Below, piece after piece: positions 12,159 to 26,110 of a DNA stretch of 64,000 bases. Source of the DNA: Eledone cirrhosa (lineage: Eukaryota); NCBI GenBank assembly GCA_964016885.1, contig OZ024743.1:26846001-26910000 (forward strand), read 5' to 3'. The position numbers and the translations under genes are program-made. How positions within the stretch are numbered: position 1 is the first letter of the stretch; each line of letters begins with the position of its first letter. Below the pieces are notes generated by a model. It searched no databases, had not been told where the DNA came from, and saw only the letters and a program-made list of their open reading frames with translations.

Positions 12159-12449
12159 GTTATGTCCATTATGTAATATGCATAAACTCCTTGATCTATA
12201 CATAAATTACACATTCTCTTTTGAACAAGGACATTAGTCAGTCCTCTAATTGCCCAGAGTTGCCTACCTTTTACTTGACTGTTATAATTTTGGAACATAT
12301 AACCAAGAGAGTTCAGATCTTTATGGATTTATTAAAGATTGAAGATTAGTGATGATAATGCTTACATACAATTTATGATAATAGAGATTATGTGCTTTGT
12401 CAACAAAGACCATGAAAGTGATAGTTTCTTGAATGTCTAATTAATTTCA

Positions 12450-12489
<40 letters not shown>

Positions 12490-14945
12490 CAGTGGGTCCT
12501 CGATATATGGTAGTTCTTTATCCGGTAAATTCACAGATACAGTTTTGGCTAATTACTACCATCAATTCTATTTACGGTAAAAAAAATTCACAGATACGGT
12601 TTTTGGTCATGTTTTGTTTATATTGTACCATAGCGCCACCTGTAGTAAGCAATAAATTCCCCCTTGAATTTGTGGAAACTGACTGCTATTCGAATTCTAG
12701 GAAAATTGTGTTACTACTGCTATCGTACAAACTGACCTTACCGAGAAACTGGCCAATCACGAGCGAGTTCAGATATCGATCGATGACGTCATAACTTAAC
12801 TGATCACTTCAGTTCAGCAAACTAGAGTGTCCTCTCAGTGAGAGAATTTTTGCCGAACTGAAGTGATCAGTTAAGAGTTATGACGTTATTCAAAGTAAGA
12901 GAAAACCCGACGGCGTGTTTTTGGAACATAATTATCACGGCATATCTCATGGCCCAAAAACGTCCTGCGAATATTGCTGATGCAGATGGAAATGCCAAAC
13001 GCATGAGGAAGAGCCTGACTTTGGAGATAAAGCTGGACATTTTGTAAAGGAAGGAACAGGGGCAAGGTACGTCCGCCATAACTCGTAACTTAGGCCTAAC
13101 CCAGTCTACAATCTGGACTGTTTTAAAAAATAGTGAGGCTGTCAAAAAAAGCTGGGGAGAATGCTACGAGTCTACAGAGTAAATTGTTGACCAAACATCA
13201 TGAGCCGATTATGGATAGGATGGAAAAGTTACTCAAAATTTGGATCGACGACCAAAATTGTCAAAATATGTCTCTGTCTTTAAATGTAATCAGTGAGAAA
13301 GCATTGTCCATTATTGACAGGCTCAAGACTGAATTAGGGGTGGAGGACTTTGTATTCAAGGCAAGCAAAGGCTTGTTTGATAAGTTCAAACGATGTTTGA
13401 GTCTTCACAACATAAAAGTTACAGGTGAGGCTGCCAGTTCCGACAAAGAGAGTGCTGAAAAATTCAAGGCAGAGTTAGAGAAATGCATTGCAGAGAAGGG
13501 GTACAGCAAAAAACAGGTTATTAATTATGATGAAACAGGATTTTATTGGAAAAAGATAACCAGTAATACCAGTAATTGACAAGGAAGAGAAAAGTGCGAA
13601 GGGTTTCAAAGCCTCAAAGGACCGCGTTACTCTGTTACTTGGAGGGAATGCAGAAGGAGATTTAAAGCTAAAGCCACTCATTATCTACCATTCTGAAACT
13701 CCAAGAGCACTCAAGGGGTTACTTAAGCAATACCTACTAGTGATCACTTCAATTCACCAGGATTTTTTCACCTCATATCTGTCACCAACCCTTAAGGAAT
13801 ATGCATTATCTAACAACATTGCCAACCGTTTTCTGCTATTAGTGGACAACGCCCCAGCCAACCACGGTCAATGGAAGACTGGTCAGAAAATATTGAGGTT
13901 TTGTTTCTCCCCCCAAACACCACAGCTCTCATTCAGCCGATGGATCAAACAGTCATCAAAACATTTAAGGCATACTACCAGCGGAGAACCATGCAGCAGC
14001 TGATAAAGGGCATAGATGGGCCTGACAAGCCCATGATAAGGGAATGGTGGAAATTGTACAACATCAAGCACAGCTTAGACAACATCAAGGCATCTTGGGA
14101 AGAAGTGAAGCAGTCTACCATTGCCTGGAAGAAATTATGGCCAGCATGTGTGAATGACTTCCAAGGCTTTGCTGAGGACATTGGTGCGATAAAAAAAGAT
14201 ATTGTAAATCTCTGCCATAGAGCTGGCTTCGATGGTGTTAATGATGATGATATGCAAGACCTTTTGGAAAGCCACGCTGAACCACTCTCCAATGATGAAC
14301 TCATAGAACTAGACAAGGCGATACAGGAGACAGAAAAAGAAGAAGAGGAGGAAGAAGAACCTGTGTGTGGCTTGGACATAAAAACTCTAAGAGAATGTCT
14401 TGGGAGTATCGAAACAATCTTAGAAACCCTGAAGGAGTGTGATCCCAATCTTGCTAGGAGCAGCAAAGTGGCTCAAGACGTCGAGAAAAGCGCCAAGATT
14501 TACCAAGAAATGTATGAAGCCAAAAGAAACACCGCCAAAGAGTCCTCCATCTAATCTTTCTTCAAGCCAGTCACACCTGCCAACCATGCTACAGCTGGCC
14601 CTTCAACATCCACTGCAGTCAACGAGTTTGTTGGTTTTCAGCCTCCCACATCACCCTCATCCTCCCCTGCCAACTCAGCCCAAGATGAGTAAGGGCTGAA
14701 ACATATACTGTCCCTTAGCCTTGGGAGGGACAAATGAAGTGGCACATCATCTGATGGACTACGCGGCATGTGTAAGGTACAGTAAATAAAAAAAAAACAT
14801 TATTTCTTTTCTGTAGGGATGACTTTTTCGATGTGCTGGAACGCATCCCTATCTATTTCATGTTATAATGGGTTCTTTATACGGTAATTCGATATACGGT
14901 AAGGGTTTCAGGAATGCATATATACCGTATATCGAGGACTCACTA
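12490..14945 (+). mobile_element. Tigger/pogo DNA transposon (full length, pseudogenised transposase from 12949 to 14554)
   Basis: TIRs cagtgggtcctcgatatatgg / ccgtatatcgaggactcacta. Motifs RKSLTLEIKLDIL, FKASKGLFDKFK, NYDETGFYWKK, GFKASKDRVTLLLGGNAEG, LLVDNAP, FLPPNTTALIQPMDQ. Stops and frameshifts are present. Confidence 0.92.
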
Positions 14946-17900
14946 TTAATATATATATATATAATACATATAGAGTGTATACTTTTAGGTTGGTGTACTA
15001 CAATGTATTGGTATACTAATGAAGTTGAAGCCAACAGGTTCAGATTTTCACCATTTTATTTGTTGCGTAAAACGATGAAAATCTTTATCTACTGGCTTCA
15101 ACTTCATTATTATATATATATATATAGTTTTTATTTTGTAGGGAAAGTAAATCACAGTGTCAGATGTTTTCACCTATGGGTGTAACAAGAAACCTATAGA
15201 GAGCAGCTAGTACTTTTTTAGCTTGTGATCAACTTGTCTTTCAAATTACAATGTATGTTTCTAATGACTATTGAAAGTATCACTAAATGCACTTAGTTAT
15301 TTTACTTGTCATGTAGGAATCTCATCAAAGAAATAATTTTGTAAGAACTCAAAGAAATGTATCCCTAATTTATTTCTATCTAATCAACCTCATCATTGTT
15401 TTGAAAATCAATGAATGGGTTGTATAAATATATCTATATCAGAACATTTCTGCATTGCATAAACCAAAAATGTGAAAAAAGTGGTAGAATATCTGATTCA
15501 TTAATTTATTAAATTAAATTGACAAAAGGCATCCCAACGAAAATATATACAACTCCTTGGGGAACCTTTTAGTAATTCAAATGTATGTAAGGCTCATACA
15601 TTTATAAATCACAAAGAAGTCATTTTTAATTAGTTTTTCTTTTGGGAAAATGTATAGCGGTAGCTTGGAGAAATAATTACCAGCTGTTAATGGAAGTTTA
15701 AAAGGAAATAAAATTACAAATTTGTAATATTATCAAAGTAAATTTGATTATTACTTGGCAGGTTAACAAATTTCTAATCCCACACTTCGCTCCTTGGTAA
15801 TCCAAATAATGCCACTTGAATTGAGAGATATTCCTCAACTTAAACAGAAAGAAAAAATATCTAACAATATAAAATAAACTTCAGTTATTCTACTAAGTTC
15901 GAAACTTCCAAGGACCTTTTAAAGTAAATATATTCTTATTAGATCTAAAGTAGATAAAAAAATTTAGATTACTTTTGCAACTTCTAGCCATTCCTGTAAT
16001 ATGTGCATTGATCAATAATGAACTTGATACCTAGGAATCATTCATTGTGGCAACTTTGGGTATACTTCCTAGCAATTAAAGATACAATAATCTTATATAA
16101 GATGAGCAAATCTCTATGCAGTTGCCTAAACTGATACCAGAGGAAGGACACTTTGAAATATGTAGTCTTAGATATATAAAATATGGGACAGTCATTGTTA
16201 AATGCCTTTGAAGATAAAATTGCTTGATCATCCTCTCCAAGGCAACAACTTTCTATTTTGTCTGTTTAATTTTAAAAGTGCAGGCATTGTATTACTCTTT
16301 ATTGAAGCCTCTTATGTGTCCACAAGTGTCAACTTGCCATAGAAAATATTCTTTGACAACTGTCTATCATACTTAATCCACCTAGCCAAGAAACATATTC
16401 AGAACAGACTAGTTCCACCATTTGTATATTTTATCAATAGAACACTACATTATGGAAATAGTCATAAAAACTTGATTGACAAACTTTCTTCTGTATCAAC
16501 TGCCATACTTAATCTGCCCCCACTAATCTTCCCTTGTCTTTTCTAATATTACAATCTAGCTAACTTGAGTGTTGATATTTAAATTTTAACTGTATTCTTA
16601 TATAGTTTTTTAAATGACTAGTCAGAGGAGGAGCACTTATATTCCTTGCAAACCTTCCCAGACTGGGAAGATTGGTGTAGTTGATATTTAGCTGGAACTT
16701 CTGTAGGCCACTGTCTGCAAGAAAAACATTAGCAGAGATGCTATTCCAGAGGATTTATAGTACAGAAATGTGAGTCACAGGAAGAATGATGAGAAAATGA
16801 AAGACAAAAGCAACACATAAGCTTAAGAGTAAGTGCTATGCCGCTTGTTAGTTCAGAAAAACAAAGCTATTATTGTAGTCTGTCATATTGAACCAAAGAA
16901 ACCAAGTTTCCATTGGTCTTTCCATGGCTGATGCTATCTACCAATTACAACTCCTAGCAGAAGGAGGCAGGATTTGAATTCATTTATATGCACAGTTGGA
17001 TCAGATACTACAAAGCATCAAGCCAAATTCTTTAATAATACCACTTATCCACTACCCCTGGACTAGTACTTTATTTATTGACCTCAAAAGTATGACAGAC
17101 AAAGTTGATCTCAGTGAGATTTGAATAGAAAATGCAGAAAGTCAGGACAAATACTAAAGCTTTTAACCCACTGCTGTGTCAATTCATAACAGAAGCAAAG
17201 AGAAAACACAGTGCATTTGCCAGCTAGTTGTTGTAGAGATACAATATCAACACATTAAGTTAAACATTTTGACAATTCATGAACAACACACAAATAAACT
17301 TTTCAGTCTTTACAAGAGCTACTCCTGCTAATTTCTTCTTTTTCATAATAACCTTAGACAATATGTCAAAACTGCATTCCGAAAACTAGACTACTTCTTC
17401 AGAACCATAAAATACCTCAGCCTTGGTTAGCCCCTGATCCTCTATAAAGCTAAAATGTAATGTCTCTTTCCCCCTGCCCTGCTGAAATGGTTATGATAAG
17501 CTGTTTTCTGAATATAGCCTATGATTATACTGGTTTTTATTCCAGTTTAGGCCTGGTGACATTTTCTTCTATATGCATACTTAAATCAATTAGATCATGA
17601 TTAAAAAAAACGGGCAAAGAAACCAACATTCTGTGTCTCTATAAAACTTACATATAGCAAGAGAATAAAAATATCCAGGTCAATTTGTACATGTAATTCT
17701 ATTTCTCTAAATTATCTTACCTCTTATTCACTTTATATTTATTACTACTGAGTTGAAATCCTGCTGAAGTCAACTTTGCCTTTTATCCTTCTGGGGTTGG
17801 TTAAATAATGTACCAGTCAAGTACTGGACCATCTTAAACAATGCCACCCCTAAACTGCTGGCCAAGTGCCAACATGAGAGACCATTATTTGCAATTCTCA

Positions 17901-20183
17901 AAAACATTTGTGATCTGTATGAACTATTTTAACTGGGAACTGAAAGTCAGTATGACAGTCTGTTTATCTAGGACACTACAACACTACAGCAACAACCATC
18001 ACCACATTTTTTCTTATTTAGATGTGAAACATTAAGTAGCAAAGTTTCTAGCTAAGAGTTTGTAATGATTAAAGAGAAAATGTCTAAAAATAGATTTGTT
18101 AATCCAAATATTTATAGTATCTTCACAATTTGAGAGAAAATTGTCATGAACATTTGCAATATTAGAGTAAAGACTTTAACTTTTAATGGGATGCAGTCAG
18201 TCATTGTGATGCTTGCTTTACAAGAATGATTTGCTAACGTGGTACAAGATATTAAGGCATTAGTGACATTAAGAAATACAACCAATGTGAAAATAGTGTT
18301 AGAAAAAATTTACTAACTTAGGTTTAGTGCTGTTAAAATGGACTCAACTGCTTAAAGTGAAACATTTCATAATTTATTACATTACTACAATAATAATTGC
18401 TACACACACACACAAAAAAAAAAACTGATCAAGAAATAAATAAATATTTAAATGTTCAGTTATTCTAACAGTACAATGAAATAAATAGAAAAATTAAATT
18501 AAACAAAAATCAGGATAGTTATATAATCTAATGTTCAGAGAAAATTATGCACCTTCAAACGGAAAGAAAAAAAAATGTCTGTATATGCTTGTCTATGTAC
18601 ATCTGTTGTTAAGCCTTGGATGTCATGTGATTCAACCAAATCAATGAACTCTTCTTTTTTTTTCTCTTATTCATTTTAATAGGGTCTAATTTTAGAGTGT
18701 ATGTGTGAGTGAATGATAAGATGTGTGTATGTGTTGTGTTGGCAGTTATATAAGATCTTATAGATAATATTGTTATGATGGAATTGTACTGCAACCACTG
18801 TGTGATTTCACCTATCATTGAAGTACCTTTGTTGGGATGGGATTTGGGATATACTGTAGAATTTTCATTCATTGCACATTAACACAGATCAAAAGTTGGT
18901 TAAATCTATCCCAGTACCTAATGGGGACTTTATTTTATCAATCCCTGAAAGCTGAAAGGCAAATTTTAAGCTGACTTGGCAGAATATACTACAAGGAATT
19001 TTATTTTGTCCAATGCTCTAATGAATCTGCCAATCCACCACCTTCTAAGCAAATTAATGAACAATACAAACAATTCCTATCATGCAAAAAGAAGTTAGGA
19101 ACAAATAAAAACCCTATCAAATTACCTGTCATTTAAAGTAATTAAAACAAGACTGATCATTACAGCAAGTGACAAATTGTTTAATGTATAAATCATGAGG
19201 ATTCAATATAAAAAATTAAGTGGTCCAATATAAGAGAAACGGGAGAGAATGGTGTAAGAAAACAAGGAAAAGAAAAAAGAAATCAGTCAAATCTCTAAGT
19301 TAAGTAGAATATGTCAGATACTGCCATTATATAGCTATAGAAACTCTTGCGAGAATGGGAAAGAGAGTACTTTGGAGAGATGGATGGATCTCTTTTTTAA
19401 TGATTACTTTGGATTAAAGCCTTTTTGATAGCAATAACTGGCTGATAACATTAAGCAAATAAAAAGTATGAGTCAGATTAATTTTGATAACAATAACTGA
19501 TTGATGATATTATCTGCGATCATAATAAGTAGCTTCCACTGAATAAGAAAACAATGAAATTAATAAATATTGCAATAAGTAAATACATAATAATTTCTTA
19601 CATATTTACAGTTGCATAGCGAAACTGAAGTTCAGATGTTCATGCCTTTCTCGGGGCTATTTATGAACTGGGTGAAATGTTTTTAACTGTGCACTGATAC
19701 AGTGTCACAGTCTGTATATCTAATATTACTATCAGCAACAACAACAAATTCTTTAATTAAAGATGTGAAACATTAAGCAAGTAGACTTGAGAATCTGGCC
19801 TGGAGTCACAATTATACTACTAACAATAGCTTACTGTAAGCCGATGCCTGGAGTAAGTGAAGAGAATGAGTTTGTGTGGCATTTGTGTGTCTTTATGGAA
19901 ATAAAGAATTGATGCAAGATTACAGATTAAATCACCAAGTTAATATCTATAATAAAGGTATACTATGACATTGCCATTAATATTATTAATAACGGTCTTT
20001 TGTGACTAAGTACAAGTTTCAGTTATTAAGTATAGTTAATTGAATCTTTCCCTTCCCACACACAAAATGTTGGATGAAAATGAAAGCATTCTTAGTGAGA
20101 TTCAAAACCTCAGCATTGTCATTAAATATGATTAAGTACATAGTATTTTCACTGATGCTTGGCTTCCTCATACTAACAATAAT

Positions 20184-20366
20184 TGTTTCTACTTTAGGCA
20201 CAAGGCCAGCAATTACCCAGTGCATTACTGGTACTTTATTTTATCGACACCGTAAGGATGAAAGGCAAAGTCAACCTCGGCAGGATTTGAACTCAGATCG
20301 TAAAGGGACGTAACTATGCTGGAAAGCATGGCGTCCGACTCTCCACCGATACTGCCAATCCACCAC
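20184..20366 (-). mobile_element. Young tRNA-derived SINE (octopus OK-SINE-like; family name from memory)
   Basis: Head ggtggattggcagtatcggtggag, B box gagttcaaatcc, core gcctttcatccttacggtgtcgataaaataaagtaccag. 13-bp TSD tactaacaataat (20171-20183 / 20367-20379). Older copies follow to about 20720. Confidence 0.85.
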
Positions 20367-20760
20367 TACTAACAATAATGATTTCTATCATGGTCACAAG
20401 ACTACAAATTGACCCCAGTACTTAAGTGGCATGTTATTTCATCAACTCCAGAATTATGAAGGACATAGTTGAACAAATACTCTAATATGGTATTTTGTCT
20501 GACTCTCCAACAATTCTATCAATCATCACAGCAATAATGATCCTTTCTAATATAGACACAAGTCCAGCGATTTTTTAATTTGCAGGTTAGGTGAAATCAT
20601 TTCTATCAGACACAAGGCCACACATTTAGACTATGGAAGCATAATAAGCAAAGTTTAACCATGACTGGGTTTGAACCTAGAGTGTAAATGTGTTTAATTA
20701 AATACTGTACAATTCTCTACTGATTTACCATCCAAATAATTTATGATTATAAGTGGTTAA

Positions 20761-20954
20761 CCCTTTAGCATTTAAACCAGCCATATCCAACCAGAATTTT
20801 GTCATATTTTTATGTTCAAACTGGCTGTAACCAGCTGCTCACACTTATGTTAAGGTATTGTTCTCAAAAATCGTGTAGATTCGATATTATGTGAGATAAA
20901 GTGTTTACCATGAACATACAATAGAAAATATAGAGCAATGTAAATGCTAAAGGG
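20761..20954. mobile_element. piggyBac-type MITE (second family)
   Basis: ttaa-ccctttagcattta ... taaatgctaaaggg-ttat. Sister copy at 47618-47815. Confidence 0.75.
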
Positions 20955-21384
20955 TTATCAATCAAATGTAGACAATGTAAGGTAGAGAGGACATGTCAAG
21001 CTCTTTTATGCTGGTGCCATAAAATGCACCCAGTACACTCTCTAAAGTGGATTATGATCAATAGTGTTGGTGCCATGATAAATGCACATAGCACACATTA
21101 TAAACTATGCCAATAACTGGAACACAAATATGATGTGGTTTCCCTATCTAGGAAGGTAGCATCTCTGAATAGGAAGCAACTTGGAAAATGGTAAGCCAAC
21201 CAACCTATGCTGGCATGAAAAGTAGATGTAAAATGATGATGAAGTTTGTAGATAATTAGTTTTAATACACATGAGGTTTTTACTTGATTTTGATACCCTA
21301 TTGCAAATGTTTCACTTACATGAGCACCTTATTTCCCTCTTCTATAAATTTAGCCTGTCATATCTATAAAAATATGTTGTTGTT

Positions 21385-21670
21385 GCCCTGTGATGCCAGT
21401 GGTGAATGAAGTTATTGTGAGATGAATTTAGTGATTGTGGTGGTTGTGAGGTGAAGTAGTGATTGTGGTAGGTGTGGGGGTGCAGTAGTGATTATGGTGG
21501 TTATGAGATTAAGGCAGTGATTATGGTGTCACAAATTGAATGTAGTGCTTGTGGTGTTGTGAGTTGGGGTGGTAAGTGTGGTGTAGGTGTGAGGGTAGTA
21601 ATTATTATGGTTGTAAGGTAAAAGTAGTGATTGTGGTATTGTGAGATAGGGGAGTGAGTTTGGTGTTGAA
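21385..21670 (+). repeat. Degenerate ~25-bp GT-rich minisatellite
   Basis: Recurring unit like gtggttgtgaggtgaagtagtgatt. Confidence 0.55.
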
Positions 21671-22469
21671 TAATCTCTAGAACTTATTTTATCAACTGTC
21701 ACTTATTTTATTGACATTAGAAGGATATAAAGACAAGTGGATCTGAATGGTAGTAGAAGTGAAAGGACTGCACTGGAATAGTAGAAGAGATTGTAGTGGT
21801 GAATAGTAATTATGGTAGTAGCAGCATAGAAATAGCGATTATGACAGTAATAATAATTGACATAATAGTTGTAGTATTAGAATTTATGGTGATAGATGGT
21901 AGTGATGAGAGCAATAGATACTAGCTGATGTTGACTCACATGGGTAAACAATGAAATGTCAAAGGAAAAGCAGGAAGTCATCCTACCATGAAAGATAGGT
22001 GAAGGCCAAATAACAGCCAGTGGTGTAACTACTACAAACTAACCAGGTATTATTTTTTTTATTTTTAAATACAATAAAAAAAATAAGGAAATAATTATTC
22101 TGTATGATTTAGTGTCAGGATAAATATAGCAGCATGACTATACACAAGAATGTTCACACACACAAACTCTCTCTCTCTCATATATATATATATACACATA
22201 CACATGAGTAACCCAGAGAGGGGTTTTAAAAATAGGCACACTATACTCTGTGTGTCCTCATAAGAGACAATTAGAAGAGCTGGTGTCAGGAAGGGCACCT
22301 GACCATGAAACACTGCTTCAAAAAGTCCAGCACGGAAGAGTGGATATAAAAATGACGATAACGAAGAAAGACATTTGTACACTACATACGGATGTATCCT
22401 TTTTTAGTTATGGCACCCTTCTATCACATATAAAATACCCAGTACTTAATCATACAGACACGCCTGTGC

Positions 22470-22507
<38 letters not shown>

Positions 22508-22559
22508 TGTATATATGGTGTGTGTGTGTGTATATATATGTGTGTGTGTGTGTGTACAT

Positions 22560-22930
22560 CAGACCTGTCAACTCTCCCCGTCTGACGAAGAGATCTCCCA
22601 CTCACTTTAGCGTGGGTGAGAGATGTTTTCTCTTGTGAAAATGGGTAGGTGGATTGGCAGTATCGGTAGAGGGTCGGACGCCATGCTTTGCAGCAAAGAG
22701 TTACGGCCCTTTGTGGTCTGAGTTCAAATCCCGTCGAGGTTAACTTTGCCTTTCATCCTTACGGGGTCGATAAAATAAAGTACCAGTAATACACTGGGAT
22801 AATTGCTGGCCTTGTGCCAAGAGTAGAAACAATTATGTAAAACCTCCCCATTTTCCCTCATTTCTCTCCGTTTTGGGACACTGTTTTTCATGGTACTCCC
22901 CGTTTGGGCTTTTAGAGGTTGGCAGGTCTG
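22560..22930. mobile_element. Non-autonomous TIR element interrupted by a SINE
   Basis: TIRs cagacctgtcaac / gttggcaggtctg, with a 7-bp direct repeat TGTACAT on both sides. Confidence 0.7.
22645..22836 (+). mobile_element. Young tRNA-derived SINE (OK-like)
   Basis: Full head, B box, core and tail gtagaaacaattat. Nested in the TIR element. Confidence 0.85.
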
Positions 22931-23282
22931 TGTACATTCATATACATACAAATACAAATTTAAATATCCACATATATGCGATGCATGTTTACTTTAAAGA
23001 TGGAAGGGTGAAGTTTGAGGGAGATTTGGCTACTATTTCTAACAAATTGAATTACCATGTAATAGCTTCTCCCCAAGTCGTTTGGTCAACTCCCTCGGTA
23101 CCACAGGTCTGTTCTACTATTGCTGACCTAGCCCCGAGGTTACACAACTACGACAGCAACATGCTTACATGCAGCTTCTCCCACTGTAGTGTGTTTGTGT
23201 GATACAATTGCTCACCAGGCTAATCCAAGGAAGGAAGTTTACAGATTATTTGAGAAAAAAGAAACTATATCATGATTGTATG

Positions 23283-23529
23283 CAGGGGCGATGGAACTGG
23301 AGAAAGGGCCATGTCCCCCCACCAATAATTATATTTTCCCCCCAAACTACCAAAAACATACATCTATTTGTATATGCGCTACAATTTATGTACATGTTAT
23401 GTTTATCGTATATCGAATTTTTTTTTATATCTTAGTTGATATTTGATCATAACAGCTAAACTAATCACTGCAACTAAAGTGATCAAATTTCCCCCCACCC
23501 CAATTCAGAAATGCTTCCCACCGCCTCTG
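23283..23529. mobile_element. Probable hAT-like MITE
   Basis: Imperfect TIRs caggggcgatggaa / ttcccaccgcctctg. No clean 8-bp TSD. Confidence 0.45.
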
Positions 23530-23551
23530 GTATGTATGTGTATATACACGT

Positions 23552-23733
23552 TAAGGATGAACGGCAAAGTTAACCTCGGCGAGATTTGAACTCAGATGGC
23601 CATTTACGGTCTGAGTTCAAATCCCGCCGAGGTTAGCTTTGCCTTTCATCCTTACGGAGGTCGAGAAAATAAAGCACCAGTAATACACTGGGATAATTGC
23701 TGGCCTTGTGCCAAAAGTAGAAACAATTATTGT
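23552..23733 (+). mobile_element. SINE with its 5' head replaced by an inverted duplication
   Basis: Arms 23552-23596 and 23610-23654 are reverse complements with few mismatches. A normal SINE 3' end follows. Confidence 0.8.
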
Positions 23734-24290
23734 ATATTTGGTAATGTTTGGTACCGACATGTCTGCGTAGATAATATTGATAAGTGCATAGGAGAGGAGC
23801 GCGTTCAAGGAGGCGACAGTAGGTGTGGGTGTTGTGAGCGGCAGTATTGACTGCCTGTATGTGAATGAATGGTACTGGTACGATGTATTGTGGAGAGTAT
23901 TTGTTATATGTGTCAAGATAGTATTGACAATGTATATAGACAGTATTAGCAGTGTGTGTAAACGGTGTTAGTAGAGTGCGTGTATATGTCCGTTCAAGGT
24001 ACTGATAGTGTATGTCTGGATGTTGATAGTACATGTAGTGTATATGGATGATCTTAATAGTGTGGGTAATGTTATTTAGTTCTAGGTCAGCCATGATTGA
24101 GCAGGCCAATGGTCAAAGATATTCAAAGCATGACCATCCTATTATTCTAGAAGTGTGTCTAAGACCACATACATTTTACCATGCATCTTTTCCTTTCCAA
24201 AGAGAGGTGCAACTTGAACATTAAGGTGTTATTTCTTTCAGGGCGATAGTGGTTAATTCAGTGGAGAGTAGAGAGAGAGTAGAGAAAATG

Positions 24291-24329
<39 letters not shown>

Positions 24330-24698
24330 CACATACATACACACACAAATGCGTGTGTGTATAGGGGAATTAACATGCCAGAGTGTTTGTGTGTTAGTGC
24401 GTATGTGTTCAGGTGTATGTTCCAGAATTTGTGTCAGTGCATTTATGTCAACGCATGAATATATACCGAAATCGACTAGTTAATGACGTGTATATATTTA
24501 TATATATATATAAAAAATAGAAAGTTGTTTTCAAAATTGTCACTAATCATTAATAAGAATGGATTATATATTTATTTAAATGTATATAATGTTTTAATTC
24601 CCGCAGTTAAAATAAAAGACAACCGCGTCTGTCTGTGAGTGTGTGTTTTTTTGACACATGTTAGATCATAATATATACCTACACACGCACATACACAC

Positions 24699-24760
<62 letters not shown>

Positions 24761-24771
24761 TACACATATAT

Positions 24772-24808
<37 letters not shown>

Positions 24809-25565
24809 TACACATATATATATACATATATACACACACATATATATATATATATACACATATATATATATATATACACATATATACACACACATATATA
24901 TATATATATACACATATATATATATATATACATATATACACATACATATATATATATATACACATATATACATATATATATACACATATATACACATATA
25001 TATATATATATACATATATACACATATATATACACATATATATATATATATACATACATATATACACATATATATATATATATATTTATATACATATATA
25101 CACATATATATATACATATATACACACATATATATATATATATATATACATATATATACATATATACACATATATATATACATATATATATACACATATA
25201 TACACATATATATACATATATACACACACACATATATATATATATATATACAATATATTAACAAATGGAAACTATATTTATAAAACCATATTTATTTCAT
25301 TATACATTATAGTGCGCTTTCATCAGATAAAATATAATATAGATCAGTTTTATAAACAAATATTGACATACCCTTAAAAGAATGCGACCATGTCTGTTGG
25401 AAGCTCCCGGATAGTCTAATGTATAATGAAATAAATATGGTTTTATAAATATAGTTTCCATTTGTTAATATATTGTATTTTTACTCCAAAAATTTGTCGA
25501 GTGCTTTATATCAGTTATAAAAATATTTGCTTGTTGTATCCCAACAAATTAAATATAACTTCTAC

Positions 25566-25609
<44 letters not shown>

Positions 25610-25793
25610 TACATGTATATATGTATATATATATACATATATACATGTATATATATATATATATATATACATATATACATGTATATATATATACATATAT
25701 ACATGTATATATATATATATATATATACATATATACATGTATATATATATACATATATACATGTATATATATATATATACATATATACATGTA

Positions 25794-25825
<32 letters not shown>

Positions 25826-25830
25826 CATAT

Positions 25831-25861
<31 letters not shown>

Positions 25862-26008
25862 CATATATACATGTATATATATATATATACATATATACAT
25901 GTATATATATATATATACATATATACATGTATATATATATATATATATACATATATACATGTATATATATATATACATATATACATGTATATATATATAT
26001 ATACATAT

Positions 26009-26089
<81 letters not shown>

Positions 26090-26110
26090 CATATATACAT
26101 ATATATATAT

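Noticed and set aside
13133-14554. Domesticated TIGD/CENP-B-like host gene
   Set aside because: Stops, frameshifts and flanking TIRs show a decayed transposon.
25270-25330. CTGATGA...GAAA on the minus strand (also CTGANGA at 122, 22582, 36962, 38153, 62823)
   Set aside because: No consistent stems I-III around the core, so not called as hammerheads.
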